This document shows positions 46,656-57,507 of a stretch of DNA of 64,000 nucleotides, piece after piece (the stretch's first letter is position 1; every line of letters starts with the position of its first letter). A model generated the notes under the pieces. It did not search any database and was not told the origin of the DNA. It saw only the letters and a program-made list of their open reading frames with translations. Both the position numbers and the translations under genes were made by a program. Source of the stretch: Candidatus Kapaibacterium sp. (GTDB lineage: Bacteria > Bacteroidota > Ignavibacteria > Kapaibacteriales > UBA2268); contig OY761611.1 of NCBI GenBank assembly GCA_963664875.1, positions 3,680,001 to 3,744,000 on the forward strand, written 5' to 3'.

Positions 46656-49600
46656 TTATTTCGCGATTATACATTTATAGCCTGATTCTATAGTCGGACT
46701 TAGTCCGATTCCATTCAGAGAAATGGTGTAAATGTATGTACCCGAAGGTAGTTCTGTTCCGTTTTGGTCTAAACCGTCCCAGAAAACACTTCCATAATAA
46801 GAATCTGTGATTTCTTCCTGCAATGTTCGTATTAGTTCGCCATGTATTGTAAAAATTCTGATTTCCACATCAAGCGGAGGCGTACCGTTATGTCTGAATC
46901 TGAAAGTAGTATTGTCAGAAACAGGATTAGGATAATTTATTACTTCTCCGATTTCATAGGAGTCGTTGTCTGAAATTTTAAAATATGTTTCGGCTATGCT
47001 GAAGTTATTATAAACATCCCAAGCTCTTACTTTGACAGAGTGTATGCCGGGGCGAAGCCCTGAAATTACATCTTGTGCACTACCTTTTTTCGAACTGCCA
47101 AGCGCACTTGTAAATTTGTCAGTAAGGTTTAGTGCATCGGGGTTATCGTCGAACCATGCCTCTATTCTGTGGCCAATTCCAAGTCCTGTTGTATTGATAC
47201 CGGTATCGTCTTCCATATCTACAATCAAAAGCGGATTGTTTTTGACTATTTCACCTTGTTCGAAATCTCTGGAGTCAAGGTATATACTTATTTTTGGTCC
47301 TTCGGTGTCAACAACTGAAGTAGGGCTTACTCCATCAACAATAAAGTTGTGATTTTCACCTTTGGCAAATTTCTTTTTGTCATTATCAAAAGCATAAGCG
47401 AATATCCTACCAACATTCTCTGAAAAACTAATGTCTTTTGGAATTATCATATCAATATGGAATTTTCCGTTTGCAATTTCAACAGAGCTTTTATTAAGTG
47501 CACCACCTAAAAGTGTGAAGTTGAAATTGGAACCCGAATCATCATCTTTGAAAGAAATCTTTTCATCACCGTCGCGTACTGTGATTACCGCGATACCTTC
47601 GAAATCTGTTGCAACAGTATTATCAGGATTAAGCACAGTAGCTGATATTCTTACATTGTCGAGTGCTTTTATTTTAATAGTGTCCGCTACGTCAGCAGGT
47701 TCACCATTGATAGAGTCTATTCTAACGTGGTAATCAGGCATTTTTAGTTTCAAAGCAGGGTCTGCCATTAGGAAAAACTTATTGGAGTTTTCGTCCTGTT
47801 TATAAGCTTTAGTGTTCCTGTAAGCCATGCCCAAGCTTGGGTAGCAGTTATTGTTAGGGTCTCTTATTTGTATTTGCTGATAGAAATATTGAGCTAATTC
47901 AGCATTAGAGCTGGCGTAAACTACTCTTGTAGCTGCAAATACTCCGATAGCACTTCCGCGAGGACTCAAAAACATATCCTCTGCTCCGCTGCTTACGTCG
48001 GGATTATCAAATCTTCCGTAATCGCAGGTTGCTGCTACAAGGAAAAATAGTTTATCTAAGTTTACCATTTGCGGGATAGTAGTTTCGCGAACCATTATAT
48101 TTTCGTGAGCCCACACTCTCGGATTGCCGTGACCAATCCAATTGACAAATAAGGCTCCTGAATTATTGATAGCAGTAAGCATATCCTGAGTAACCTGAGG
48201 TTTTCTTCTGCCACCCGGGATATTATCAACAGGGTATTGCACCATATATATCTTATCTACCTGAAAATCATCTTCTATGCAGTAATGATGCAAGGTTTCA
48301 GATTGTGAAACGTGAAAAGAGCCCTCTGCGATATTGTTTTCTTTAATCCCGTCATCGGCGATAATTAATACTTTAGAACGCCAATAATCTTCAGAAGAGT
48401 TGTTTTCGTAGTGTCTGATTTTTTTTACTATATTATAACCCTCTTCATTTGAATTGATAGGTGCTCTGCCTATTGCAATGTCAAGTGCTCTGTCTTCGCC
48501 GACAATGCAGCCATAGTAATCATCAAAAGCAAAAGAGTCTTCTTCGTCTATAGTGCCGATTGCATCATTTTGATCTTCGTATGGCGGAACAAAATTGGTT
48601 ATAGAAGTAGTTCGGTTCATATAATCATAGTGCCCGTCACCCCATAGGAATACATACTGAGGTTTATAATCTCTTTGATAGTAAACGTGAGCGACGTAGT
48701 CTCTGATAGCAGTTATATCTTTAGTGCCATAGGAAAACTCTTTGTAAATATCATCTAAAGTTACGATTTTAACTTTGAAATTATTACCGGTAAGATAGTT
48801 CTGAGTTGATTCTCTATAGCTTTTATATTCTTTTGCAGATGGCAGTAGTGCCGGATGAGTAATCAGAATCATATCTGCTTCGCTATTGTCATCTCTTATT
48901 CCTGCAATAGAAAAGCTTTCTAATTCGGTTGGTCTGAAATTTCCTGAAATATAAAATCTTCTTGGCGGATTGATAGACTGATCCGTTTTGAATCGATATA
49001 TTGAACCGGTTGAGGACAAATTTTTCAATAAAGCCGGATGAGATTTGTCTGTAACATCAAATCCGTAAACAGTGCCGCTAAAGCCATTAACAGAGTACTC
49101 TGCTACTTCCTTGACAGTTGGGTCGGTATGAAATCCTAAACTGTTTCCTGCTGCTTCGAAATATCTCGGATAATGTATTTCAAAATAGTCAAGATAAGGG
49201 GTAGCACTTGCAATATTCGGGTTAGAATACTCGAATCGAAGCGAGCTTCTGTTATCTGAGGCGATTTTAGAAGCGTCTATTGTAGCATATTCTCTGATTC
49301 TTCTACCTGCTACATAGTCGCCTGTACTTGGCGAAATTTGATACTCACCCAAACCGGTATTTGCTTCATAAACAGAATAAGTGCCGGTAGATTTTGATTC
49401 ATGTGCTAATAGGAATACATAGTTTACCTGTCCGTCTCGTTTCAAGCCAGGCAAATTTGTAATAAAAGGTGATTTGAAGTATGACCTGCCAAGCCATAAT
49501 CTACCTGAACCACGATAAAACGGATTTTTCAGTTCTTCTTCGAAAAATACTCTTTCAGTGAAAGAGGAAGGCATTACAGTCGCTTCTTCAGCAGGTGGTT

Positions 49601-50645
49601 CCAATTCTGTGGCTGGGCTGTTCGGCAATCCACCCCATGTGATATAATAATAAACATAATCCGAAAAATCGGATCTGTATCTGCTAAATCTGTTTTTAAT
49701 GTATTCAAATCCGGTAGTGCCGGCAGCATAAAACACAACTGAACTGAAATTGCCGTTACCATCTTTGTTTATGATAACTGGGATTTCGTTAAATTCGTTA
49801 TTGATGCCATCTTCTACAGATTCGCTCATCATTCTGCCGCCATTACCAAAAACTTTGATAGTATTGGCAAGTTCTGCATTGACAGGAATGCCTATATCCG
49901 AAAGCTGCTTTGCAGTAACGCTATATAAGCCTTCTTCTGTGATTTTGACTCTATACCATGAACCGGAACTCAAATCAGTAAGTGATTTTTTGCCTTCGAG
50001 CAATTTATCTCCGGAGCTGAGAGCCCAGTTTGCTGCTACATTATTATTCAAGACATAATTTACAGCATGAGAGTAATTGCTTTTGCCCTTTTGAGTAGTA
50101 GTTTCTGCAAATTTGATTTTTATTTTGACTTGGTCAGGGTAAACAATTTGACCGTTTTCAATATGGTAATTCGGTATAACAACATTAGCAATGTGATTGG
50201 TGGTTGCGATACCGGTGTATTTTATTACTACATCTTCAGAATAATTATCCAAGTAATTACTTCCGCGTTGATATACCTCAACCGACATCTCATCAATTTC
50301 TTTGAGAAAGGGTTGGGGTGAGGCAGTGCCTTCTATGATGTTTTTGCCGACTAAGCTTACATTTTCTAAAGTGAATCCTGTCTTGGATGGGATAGTTATT
50401 GGAAAGTATGCTTTGCCAATAGCCACAGCACCGGGATTTGAAAAGTCGAAATCCTGAGATTCGAAAACAGGGAGGACGTATTTTTCTCCGTCTTCTCCTT
50501 TGATTTCGGTAACTGATTTGAGCAAAGGTTTATATATAAATTCCAACTCAGTAGAATTTGATTTAAGTATCTCAATATTTCCGGCACTAAGTGCGCAACT
50601 GAAAGCAAAAAGTGCTACAATTGCTAACTGGAATATCTTTTTCAT
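46656..50645 (-). CDS. porU: T9SS sortase PorU (peptidase C25 family)
   Basis: WYRVKITEEGLY, LWGDGHYDY, IAIGRAP, NWIGHG, ATCDYGRFD, DTEGPKI, RAWDVYNN, CTD NYPNP. Confidence 0.92.
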   Translation of the reverse strand: MKKIFQLAIVALFAFSCALSAGNIEILKSNSTELEFIYKPLLKSVTEIKGEDGEKYVLPVFESQDFDFSNPGAVAIGKAYFPITIPSKTGFTLENVSLVGKNIIEGTASPQPFLKEIDEMSVEVYQRGSNYLDNYSEDVVIKYTGIATTNHIANVVIPNYHIENGQIVYPDQVKIKIKFAETTTQKGKSNYSHAVNYVLNNNVAANWALSSGDKLLEGKKSLTDLSSGSWYRVKITEEGLYSVTAKQLSDIGIPVNAELANTIKVFGNGGRMMSESVEDGINNEFNEIPVIINKDGNGNFSSVVFYAAGTTGFEYIKNRFSRYRSDFSDYVYYYITWGGLPNSPATELEPPAEEATVMPSSFTERVFFEEELKNPFYRGSGRLWLGRSYFKSPFITNLPGLKRDGQVNYVFLLAHESKSTGTYSVYEANTGLGEYQISPSTGDYVAGRRIREYATIDASKIASDNRSSLRFEYSNPNIASATPYLDYFEIHYPRYFEAAGNSLGFHTDPTVKEVAEYSVNGFSGTVYGFDVTDKSHPALLKNLSSTGSIYRFKTDQSINPPRRFYISGNFRPTELESFSIAGIRDDNSEADMILITHPALLPSAKEYKSYRESTQNYLTGNNFKVKIVTLDDIYKEFSYGTKDITAIRDYVAHVYYQRDYKPQYVFLWGDGHYDYMNRTTSITNFVPPYEDQNDAIGTIDEEDSFAFDDYYGCIVGEDRALDIAIGRAPINSNEEGYNIVKKIRHYENNSSEDYWRSKVLIIADDGIKENNIAEGSFHVSQSETLHHYCIEDDFQVDKIYMVQYPVDNIPGGRRKPQVTQDMLTAINNSGALFVNWIGHGNPRVWAHENIMVRETTIPQMVNLDKLFFLVAATCDYGRFDNPDVSSGAEDMFLSPRGSAIGVFAATRVVYASSNAELAQYFYQQIQIRDPNNNCYPSLGMAYRNTKAYKQDENSNKFFLMADPALKLKMPDYHVRIDSINGEPADVADTIKIKALDNVRISATVLNPDNTVATDFEGIAVITVRDGDEKISFKDDDSGSNFNFTLLGGALNKSSVEIANGKFHIDMIIPKDISFSENVGRIFAYAFDNDKKKFAKGENHNFIVDGVSPTSVVDTEGPKISIYLDSRDFEQGEIVKNNPLLIVDMEDDTGINTTGLGIGHRIEAWFDDNPDALNLTDKFTSALGSSKKGSAQDVISGLRPGIHSVKVRAWDVYNNFSIAETYFKISDNDSYEIGEVINYPNPVSDNTTFRFRHNGTPPLDVEIRIFTIHGELIRTLQEEITDSYYGSVFWDGLDQNGTELPSGTYIYTISLNGIGLSPTIESGYKCIIAK

Positions 50646-50878
50646 ATATTTGGTTCTCCTAAACTTTGTATATCTGTATAAACATACAAAATCGTAAAAG
50701 GTTACAGACTCTCTGAATATTCACGTAGTTTGCTACGAGATCTTATACAAAGACAAGATAAAAAAAGTTCACAATTTCTTTTATCTATTCTAGCATAATG
50801 GCTTGTAATTGCAGTTATTTCTGCAGCTAATATCTATAAATAGACTGCATATCAGCGAGTCTTAAAAGAGAAATACTT

Positions 50879-53521
50879 TTACTTACTTTTTTTGGCTTCT
50901 ATATGCAAATCCGAAAGAAGCTGCAAAGCCTGAATCGGAGTAATATTTTCAATTTTGATTTCTGAGAGTCGTTCACGAAGTTCATCGTCTCTAAACTCAA
51001 ATATTGCCAGTTGGTCTGTTTGATGTTTCTGTTTTTTCGATTTTACCTTACTCATGTCAGGTTTCGCTTTTGCTCCCGAACCGTCTTCGTTGCCATTTTC
51101 CAGTATTTCAAGTATCTCTTCGGCTCGGGTTATCACATCGTAAGGCATACCTGCCATTTTCGCAACAAATATACCAAAACTATGGTCTGTAGCTCCTTTG
51201 ACTACATTGTGCGAAAAGATTACAGTGTGCCCTGCTTCGATTACTTCTACACTATAATTTACAATTTTTGAATAGCGGGTAGCTAAATCATTTAGTTCGT
51301 GGTAGTGTGTAGCAAAAAGCGTTTTTGCACATATCTTATTATGAATATACTCCGCAATAGACCATGCTATAGAAATGCCGTCAAATGTAGCAGTGCCTCG
51401 TCCAACCTCGTCCAGCAAAATTAAGGAGCGTTCGGTCGCATTGTTCATGATATTAGCAGCTTCCTGCATCTCCACAAGGAAAGTACTTTCTCCGGCTGTG
51501 ATATTATCTTGAGCACCGACTCTTGTAAATATTCTGTCAACAAGACCAAATTCTGCACTTTCAGCAGGTACAAAGCAGCCTATCTGACCCATCAGCACAA
51601 TAAGTGCTGTTTGCCTTAGGTAACTTGATTTACCTGACATATTAGGCCCGGTGATAATATGAATAAGCTCCTCAGTGTTATTCATTGTGGTGTTGTTTGC
51701 TGTGTAAGTTTCGCCAATAGGAAGAAGTTTTTCAACGACCGGGTGGCGACCTTTGACAATATTCAAATCTGTGCTTTCATTTATAAGCGGCTTAACATAG
51801 TTGTTTTCGACAGAAACCTGTGCGTAACTTTGCAGGCAATCTATTGAAGCTAAAAGCTGAGCATTTTTTTGTATGGTTTCAGTATAAATAGCAACTTTAG
51901 CTCGAAGCTCTGCAAAGAGTGTTGTTTCAATCAGACCTATTTTTTCTTCGGCATTAAGTATTTTTTCTTCTATATCTTTAAGCTCGGCAGTCATGTATCT
52001 TTCTGAATTGGTCAAAGTCTGCTTGCGTTGGTAGTGTTCCGGTACTTTATTGCTGTGAATTCTTGTGATATCAATATAATAACCAAAGACATTGTTAAAA
52101 CCGACTTTCAGAGAATTGATACCTGTGGCACTGCGTTCTCTTTCCTGATATTCATTTATCCAGTTTTTACCCTGAAATTTTGCTTCTGTGTAGGAATCCA
52201 GTTCCTGATTGTAATTTCTGCGAAAAACATTTCCTGAGCCAAGATTTATTGACGGCTCATCTAAAAGGGCGTTTTCTATATCCTCGCATATTGTCCGCAG
52301 TTCGTCTAATTGAGACGAAACCGAAGCCAGTGCAATTGAATTTACACCTGTCAGTATTTCCTTAATAATAGGAATCTTATCTAAACTGTTTTTGATGTTG
52401 ACGATGTCGCGAGGGTTAGCTCTGCCTGTTGCAACTTTTGTGACTAATCGTTCTAAATCGCTAATAGCATTGAGGTGTAAACGCAGGAATTCTCTTTTGT
52501 CGTTGTGTAGATATAAAGATTCTACAGCATCTAAGCGTTTCTGTATTGCCTGAAGAGAGTTTAACGGAGAACTTATCCATTTTTTGAGTAATCTGCCGCC
52601 CATAGGTGTGCAGGTTTTATCCAAAATCGAGATAAGAGTTCCACCGTTTTTGATGTCACTATTTGAAAATAATATTTCCAGATTTTTTCTTGTCGAATAG
52701 TCGAGCATCATAAAATCGGATGTGTTATAAAGCGACAGATTTTTAATCTGCGAAATGCCTGACTGCTGCGTATCTTTTATGTAATAAATAGTAGCGCCTG
52801 CAGCTGTAACTGCTAACTCGAGCTCTTCAACACCAAATCCCTTTAGATTTTGAGTCTCAAAATGTTTTAGAAGAGTGTCTTTTGCAAACTCATGTTCAAA
52901 AATCCAATCTTCGAGTGATGTGATTGCGGGCTCCGATGATAGAGACTGTATTAGCTCGGCAAGTTCTTTCTTCTGAGGTTTTGCCAAGATTATTTCTGCA
53001 GGAGCTATTCCTTCGAGAAATTCTTTTATGTTGGATTGGCTGAGTTCCGTGCAGTAAAATTCACCGGTGGAAGCATCCGCCAAAGCAATACCAAACCGTT
53101 TGCTTCCTCCTTTTTCAAATTTAAAATAGAGGGTAGCGACAAAGGTGTTTGACTTAGCTTCGAGGAGTTTGTCATAGAGTGCAATTCCGGGAGTTACTAC
53201 TTCTGTAACGCCTCTTTTGACAATGCCTTTAGCAAGTTTAGGGTCTTCTAACTGCTCACAAACTGCAACCCGATATCCGGCTTTCACTAATTTGGGTAAG
53301 TAAGTGTCTAACTGGTGGTGAGGGAATCCTGCGAGAGGCATATCTCCTGCAGCACCGTTATTTCTTTTTGTCAAAGTAATCCCGCAAGCCTGCGAAGTTT
53401 TGACAGCGTCGTCCTGAAAAGTTTCGTAAAAATCTCCTAAGCGAAAGAGTAGTATAGTGTCTTCGTACTTCTGTTTGATTTGGTTGTACTGTCTCATCAA
53501 AGGAGTTTCTTTGCTTTTCAT
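50879..53521 (-). CDS. mutS: DNA mismatch repair protein MutS
   Basis: TPLMRQY, FRLGDFYE, ITGPNMSGKSSYLRQ, STFLVEM, LDEVGRGT, FATHYHEL. Confidence 0.98.
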   Translation of the reverse strand: MKSKETPLMRQYNQIKQKYEDTILLFRLGDFYETFQDDAVKTSQACGITLTKRNNGAAGDMPLAGFPHHQLDTYLPKLVKAGYRVAVCEQLEDPKLAKGIVKRGVTEVVTPGIALYDKLLEAKSNTFVATLYFKFEKGGSKRFGIALADASTGEFYCTELSQSNIKEFLEGIAPAEIILAKPQKKELAELIQSLSSEPAITSLEDWIFEHEFAKDTLLKHFETQNLKGFGVEELELAVTAAGATIYYIKDTQQSGISQIKNLSLYNTSDFMMLDYSTRKNLEILFSNSDIKNGGTLISILDKTCTPMGGRLLKKWISSPLNSLQAIQKRLDAVESLYLHNDKREFLRLHLNAISDLERLVTKVATGRANPRDIVNIKNSLDKIPIIKEILTGVNSIALASVSSQLDELRTICEDIENALLDEPSINLGSGNVFRRNYNQELDSYTEAKFQGKNWINEYQERERSATGINSLKVGFNNVFGYYIDITRIHSNKVPEHYQRKQTLTNSERYMTAELKDIEEKILNAEEKIGLIETTLFAELRAKVAIYTETIQKNAQLLASIDCLQSYAQVSVENNYVKPLINESTDLNIVKGRHPVVEKLLPIGETYTANNTTMNNTEELIHIITGPNMSGKSSYLRQTALIVLMGQIGCFVPAESAEFGLVDRIFTRVGAQDNITAGESTFLVEMQEAANIMNNATERSLILLDEVGRGTATFDGISIAWSIAEYIHNKICAKTLFATHYHELNDLATRYSKIVNYSVEVIEAGHTVIFSHNVVKGATDHSFGIFVAKMAGMPYDVITRAEEILEILENGNEDGSGAKAKPDMSKVKSKKQKHQTDQLAIFEFRDDELRERLSEIKIENITPIQALQLLSDLHIEAKKSK

Positions 53522-54232
53522 CTATTTTTTTCCTTTTTTCTTTTTATCAACTTTTGGTATTGGAGTGCCGTACATATAACTCATGATTTTATTAGCACGT
53601 CTGTTTATGTAATTTGTTGGTCTCGCCGGATTCCAACGATTAGGATTGGGGAGTACAACAGCCAATAGAGCAGCTTCACGCTTAGTAAGTTTTTTTGCAC
53701 TTTTTTTGAAGTACTTGCGGGCAGCAGCCTCAGCACCATAAACTTCGTTGCCCCATTCGACAACATTGACATAAACTTCTAAAATTCTTTTTTTACCCCA
53801 TATAAATTCTATCAGATAAGTGAAGTAGGCTTCCAGCCCTTTTCTGACATAATTTCTTCCATGCCATAAGAACGTATTTTTGGCAGTTTGCATTGTAACG
53901 GTAGATGCTCCGTGGAGTCTTTTGCCTTTGTGACTGGCATTGTATCTTTTTGCTGCTTCGACAGCTTTCCAGTCTATACCGCCATGACGGACAAACCTCT
54001 GGTCTTCGGCTGCAAGAATGGCATGATAAAGATTAGTCGATATTTCTTCGTAATCTTTCCATTCTTTTTGGATACCATCTTTACTTTTTTCACGTTCGAA
54101 ATCCAATTTCCTAAGAATCATCAAAGGAGTAAAAGGAGGATCGATAAATTTATAAGCGACAACCCACAGGATTGTAAACAAAAAGAATCCGCCTATAGAA
54201 TAAAGCAGATACTTAAAGAACTTTTTTAGCAT
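53522..54232 (-). CDS. mtgA: Monofunctional peptidoglycan transglycosylase
   Basis: AAEDQRF..HGGID, GASTVTMQTAKN, RKGLE, KKRILEVYVNVVEWG. Confidence 0.95.
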   Translation of the reverse strand: MLKKFFKYLLYSIGGFFLFTILWVVAYKFIDPPFTPLMILRKLDFEREKSKDGIQKEWKDYEEISTNLYHAILAAEDQRFVRHGGIDWKAVEAAKRYNASHKGKRLHGASTVTMQTAKNTFLWHGRNYVRKGLEAYFTYLIEFIWGKKRILEVYVNVVEWGNEVYGAEAAARKYFKKSAKKLTKREAALLAVVLPNPNRWNPARPTNYINRRANKIMSYMYGTPIPKVDKKKKGKK

Positions 54233-54308
54233 ATTTGTGTATCTAAATTATTAGATTGATTTTTGCAATTTCTGCAAAATACAAAGAAGAAATGAAATAG
54301 GTAAAGAA

Positions 54309-54671
54309 ATGAATACAAAAATTATAGCTCTTTTTTTATTTTTATTTGCTCTTACTTTGAGCTCCTGTAAGGACTGTAAATTCGAATCTATAAAGACCGA
54401 TACATTGCCTAATGCTCTCTATGGAAAACAATATGAAACAACCATAGAGTACGATTGCAACTGTACGGTTACCCATCGGGAAGCCAATTTAGAATCCGGC
54501 AGTTTACCACCCGGATTGGAACTTGATGTTACCGGCAAAATAAAAGGAAAACCCACCCGAACAGGTTCATTTAACTTCACAATTTCTATGAAAATATGCT
54601 TTCAGCTCGATGGAGCGATGCCTTATGATTGCTATTTTAAAGAGAAAACTTTTAGCATATTGGTGTTGTAG
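54309..54671 (+). CDS. Lipoprotein with putative Ig (He_PIG-like) domain
   Basis: Lipobox LSSC; SGSLPPGLELD.TGKIKGKPT..GSFNFTI. Confidence 0.75.
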   Translation: MNTKIIALFLFLFALTLSSCKDCKFESIKTDTLPNALYGKQYETTIEYDCNCTVTHREANLESGSLPPGLELDVTGKIKGKPTRTGSFNFTISMKICFQLDGAMPYDCYFKEKTFSILVL

Positions 54672-54861
54672 TGTTTAATAGTGTAGTTTAGCCTAAGTCA
54701 ATTAGCTGTTTAATAGTAGTGGTTTATAGTAATTCTGCAAATTACAAAACTATTATATTTAACATTTGCTTATTATTGTTTACATAAAATACACCTTATC
54801 TGCGTCAAAAAAAGTGTTTCAAAAAATTAAATATTCCCATTAACACACACACGGAGCAACA

Positions 54862-56238
54862 ATGGATGCAGAAATACTCGCCAGGATACAGTTTGCATTT
54901 ACAGCAGGCTTCCATTTCCTGTTTCCCCCTTTAAGCATCGGTCTTGGTATTATTCTTATTATTATGGAAACTATATACATAAAAACAGATAATATCAAAT
55001 ACAAAAATATGACTAAGTTTTGGGTAAAAGTTTTTGCCTTGACTTTCGCCCTTGGTGTAGCTACTGGTATTGTACTCGAATTTGAATTTGGCACTAACTG
55101 GGCAAAATATTCCAGATATGTAGGCGATGTCTTTGGCAGTGCTTTGGCTGCAGAAGGCATATTCGCGTTCTTTTTAGAGTCGGGTTTTCTTGCTATTCTG
55201 GTTTTTGGCTGGGATAAAGTAAGCAAACGAGTTCACTATCTTGCAACGATTTTGGTAGCTCTCGGTGCACATCTAAGTGCGGTGTGGATTCTTGTTGCTA
55301 ACTCATGGCAGCAGACTCCGGTGGGGCATCATATAGTCAACGGCAGAGCCGAAATTGTAGATTTTTGGCAGCTTGTATTCAATCCTTCGACAATAGACAG
55401 GCTTACTCACACAATATTTGCATCTTGGATAACAGGAGCATTTCTTGTTTTGAGTATTGCAGCTTATTATCTAATCAAAAAAAGACATATTGATTTTTCT
55501 ATTTTATCTATTAAGATAGGCCTTTCTGTTGCTATTGTAGCTTCTTTGCTTCAGTTGGTAACGGGGCATTCAAGTGCTCAGACTGTGGCAGAATATCAGC
55601 CGGCTAAGCTTGCAGCTATGGAAGCCCAATACGAAACAGGTGTAGGTGATTTATATTTAGTCGGATGGGTAGATCAGGAATCGCAAGAGGTATATGGTAT
55701 CAAGATACCGGGTATGCTTAGCTATTTGATTTATGGAGATACAAAGACTCACGTTATGGGCTTGAACGACATACCGGAAGACGAAAGACCTACAAAAGTA
55801 AATATAGTATTTCAGGCTTATCACCTGATGGTAGGGATTGGAATGACTCTTATCGCTATTAGCTTATTGGGTGGATTCTTTTGGTGGCGAGGCGAACTTG
55901 CCGAAAAGAGATGGTATCTCTATATTTTACTGGGAGCCGTGTTACTTCCTCAATTTGCCAATCAGCTCGGTTGGATGACTGCCGAAATAGGCAGACAACC
56001 TTGGATAGTTTACGGGTTGCTTAAAACAAGCGATGGACTTTCGACATCAGTAGATCCGGGGCAGATACTTTTCTCGCTCATTATGTTTATAGTTATTTAT
56101 GCCTTGTTGTTTGTTTTGTTTATCTTTCTGTTAGACAGAAAAATCAAACACGGACCGGAAGGTGTAGATTATAGTGATCACCTTTATGCCAAATCAGGCT
56201 CACTGTTTGCAGACCACAAAATAGAGGAGGCTAAGTAA
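54862..56238 (+). CDS. cydA: Cytochrome bd ubiquinol oxidase subunit I
   Basis: LARIQFAFT..FHFLF, EFEFGTNW, FFLESGF, QPAKLAAME, EIGRQPW. Confidence 0.96.
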   Translation: MDAEILARIQFAFTAGFHFLFPPLSIGLGIILIIMETIYIKTDNIKYKNMTKFWVKVFALTFALGVATGIVLEFEFGTNWAKYSRYVGDVFGSALAAEGIFAFFLESGFLAILVFGWDKVSKRVHYLATILVALGAHLSAVWILVANSWQQTPVGHHIVNGRAEIVDFWQLVFNPSTIDRLTHTIFASWITGAFLVLSIAAYYLIKKRHIDFSILSIKIGLSVAIVASLLQLVTGHSSAQTVAEYQPAKLAAMEAQYETGVGDLYLVGWVDQESQEVYGIKIPGMLSYLIYGDTKTHVMGLNDIPEDERPTKVNIVFQAYHLMVGIGMTLIAISLLGGFFWWRGELAEKRWYLYILLGAVLLPQFANQLGWMTAEIGRQPWIVYGLLKTSDGLSTSVDPGQILFSLIMFIVIYALLFVLFIFLLDRKIKHGPEGVDYSDHLYAKSGSLFADHKIEEAK

Positions 56239-57263
56239 TGGAATTTTTAGATTTGAATACTATATGGTTTATCCTTATTGGTGTGCTTTTCGCAGGATAT
56301 GCTATTTTGGACGGTTTTGATCTAGGGGTCGGAGCTTTGCACCTTTTTGTTAAAGACGATATGGACAGAAGAATAATGATAAATTCTATCGGTCCTGTTT
56401 GGGATGGCAACGAAGTATGGCTTGTTACAGGTGGTGGTGCATTATTTGCAGCGTTTCCGAATGTATATGCAGGTGTATTTTCAGGTTTATATAATGCTCT
56501 TATGCTTTTATTAGCCGTGCTGATTTTTAGAGCTGTGGCAATTGAATTTAGAAGCAAAAAAGAATCGACTCGCTGGAGAAGAAGCTGGGATACTGCATTC
56601 TCTGTATCTTCGATATTCATCGCATTGCTAATGGGCGTAGCTCTTGGCAATGTTATACAAGGTTTGCCTGTAGATCCTGCAGGGGATATAAAAATATCGC
56701 TTATCAGCCTTCTCAATCCTTACGCATTGTTGGTCGGCATTACAACTGTAGCTTTGTTTGCGATGCACGGTTCAATTTACGCATATATGAAAACAGAAGG
56801 TGCATTGCAACAGCAGCTGAAAGGGATGATAAATCCTTTGATTATCGCTTTTGTTATTCTTTATGTGCTGACTACTATGACAACAATAATGTATTTGCCA
56901 CACATGACAGATAATTTGAAAGAATATCCGGCATTTTTTATTATTGCATTGCTTAATGCTTTAGCAATAGCTAACATACCTCGCGAGATACATCGTAATA
57001 AACCATTTATGGCGTTTTTCTCTTCGAGTGCAAGCATTTTTGCTTTGATTGCATTGTTTGCAGTAGGTATTTTCCCGAATATCATTATTTCCACGCTCGA
57101 CCCTGCAAGCAGCATGACAATCTATACGGCTGCCTCATCTCAAAAAACATTATCTATAATGTTTACTATGGCTCTTATCGGTGTGCCTTTTGTGATAGCT
57201 TACACTGTAGGTATTTACTGGGTATTCCGTGGAAAAGTTAAAATTGATTCTATGAGCTATTAG
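56238..57263 (+). CDS. cydB: Cytochrome bd ubiquinol oxidase subunit II
   Basis: LDGFDLGVG, GPVWDGNEVWLV..GGALFAAFP, RAVAIEFR; TAATG-coupled to cydA. Confidence 0.96.
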   Translation: MEFLDLNTIWFILIGVLFAGYAILDGFDLGVGALHLFVKDDMDRRIMINSIGPVWDGNEVWLVTGGGALFAAFPNVYAGVFSGLYNALMLLLAVLIFRAVAIEFRSKKESTRWRRSWDTAFSVSSIFIALLMGVALGNVIQGLPVDPAGDIKISLISLLNPYALLVGITTVALFAMHGSIYAYMKTEGALQQQLKGMINPLIIAFVILYVLTTMTTIMYLPHMTDNLKEYPAFFIIALLNALAIANIPREIHRNKPFMAFFSSSASIFALIALFAVGIFPNIIISTLDPASSMTIYTAASSQKTLSIMFTMALIGVPFVIAYTVGIYWVFRGKVKIDSMSY

Positions 57264-57320
57264 TTCGGAGAAGTTTTAAGCAAGAAGCACATACAAGCCT
57301 GTGCTTAATGATAAATATCG

Positions 57321-57370
57321 ACGGGAGCGAATAAACTCAGTAATGAAGCGATTCACTCCCGTATTTTTTT
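57321..57370 (+). terminator. Intrinsic terminator after cydAB
   Basis: ACGGGAG.GAAT...ATTC.CTCCCGT stem followed by T-run. Confidence 0.7.
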
Positions 57371-57507
57371 AGTAGAAACTTATCCGTTTTCAGTGCAATC
57401 GGCTAATTATTTTGGTAAAAAATGCGTGTAAGAGTTTTTTTCCCTTGCTTGCATTATCTTTTTTTTTAACTTAGCAACATATTTGTTACAAAAATCAGAT
57501 TTTCGAT

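Noticed and set aside
57264-57320. Small cydX/cydS subunit after cydB
   Set aside because: No hydrophobic small ORF between the cydB stop and the terminator
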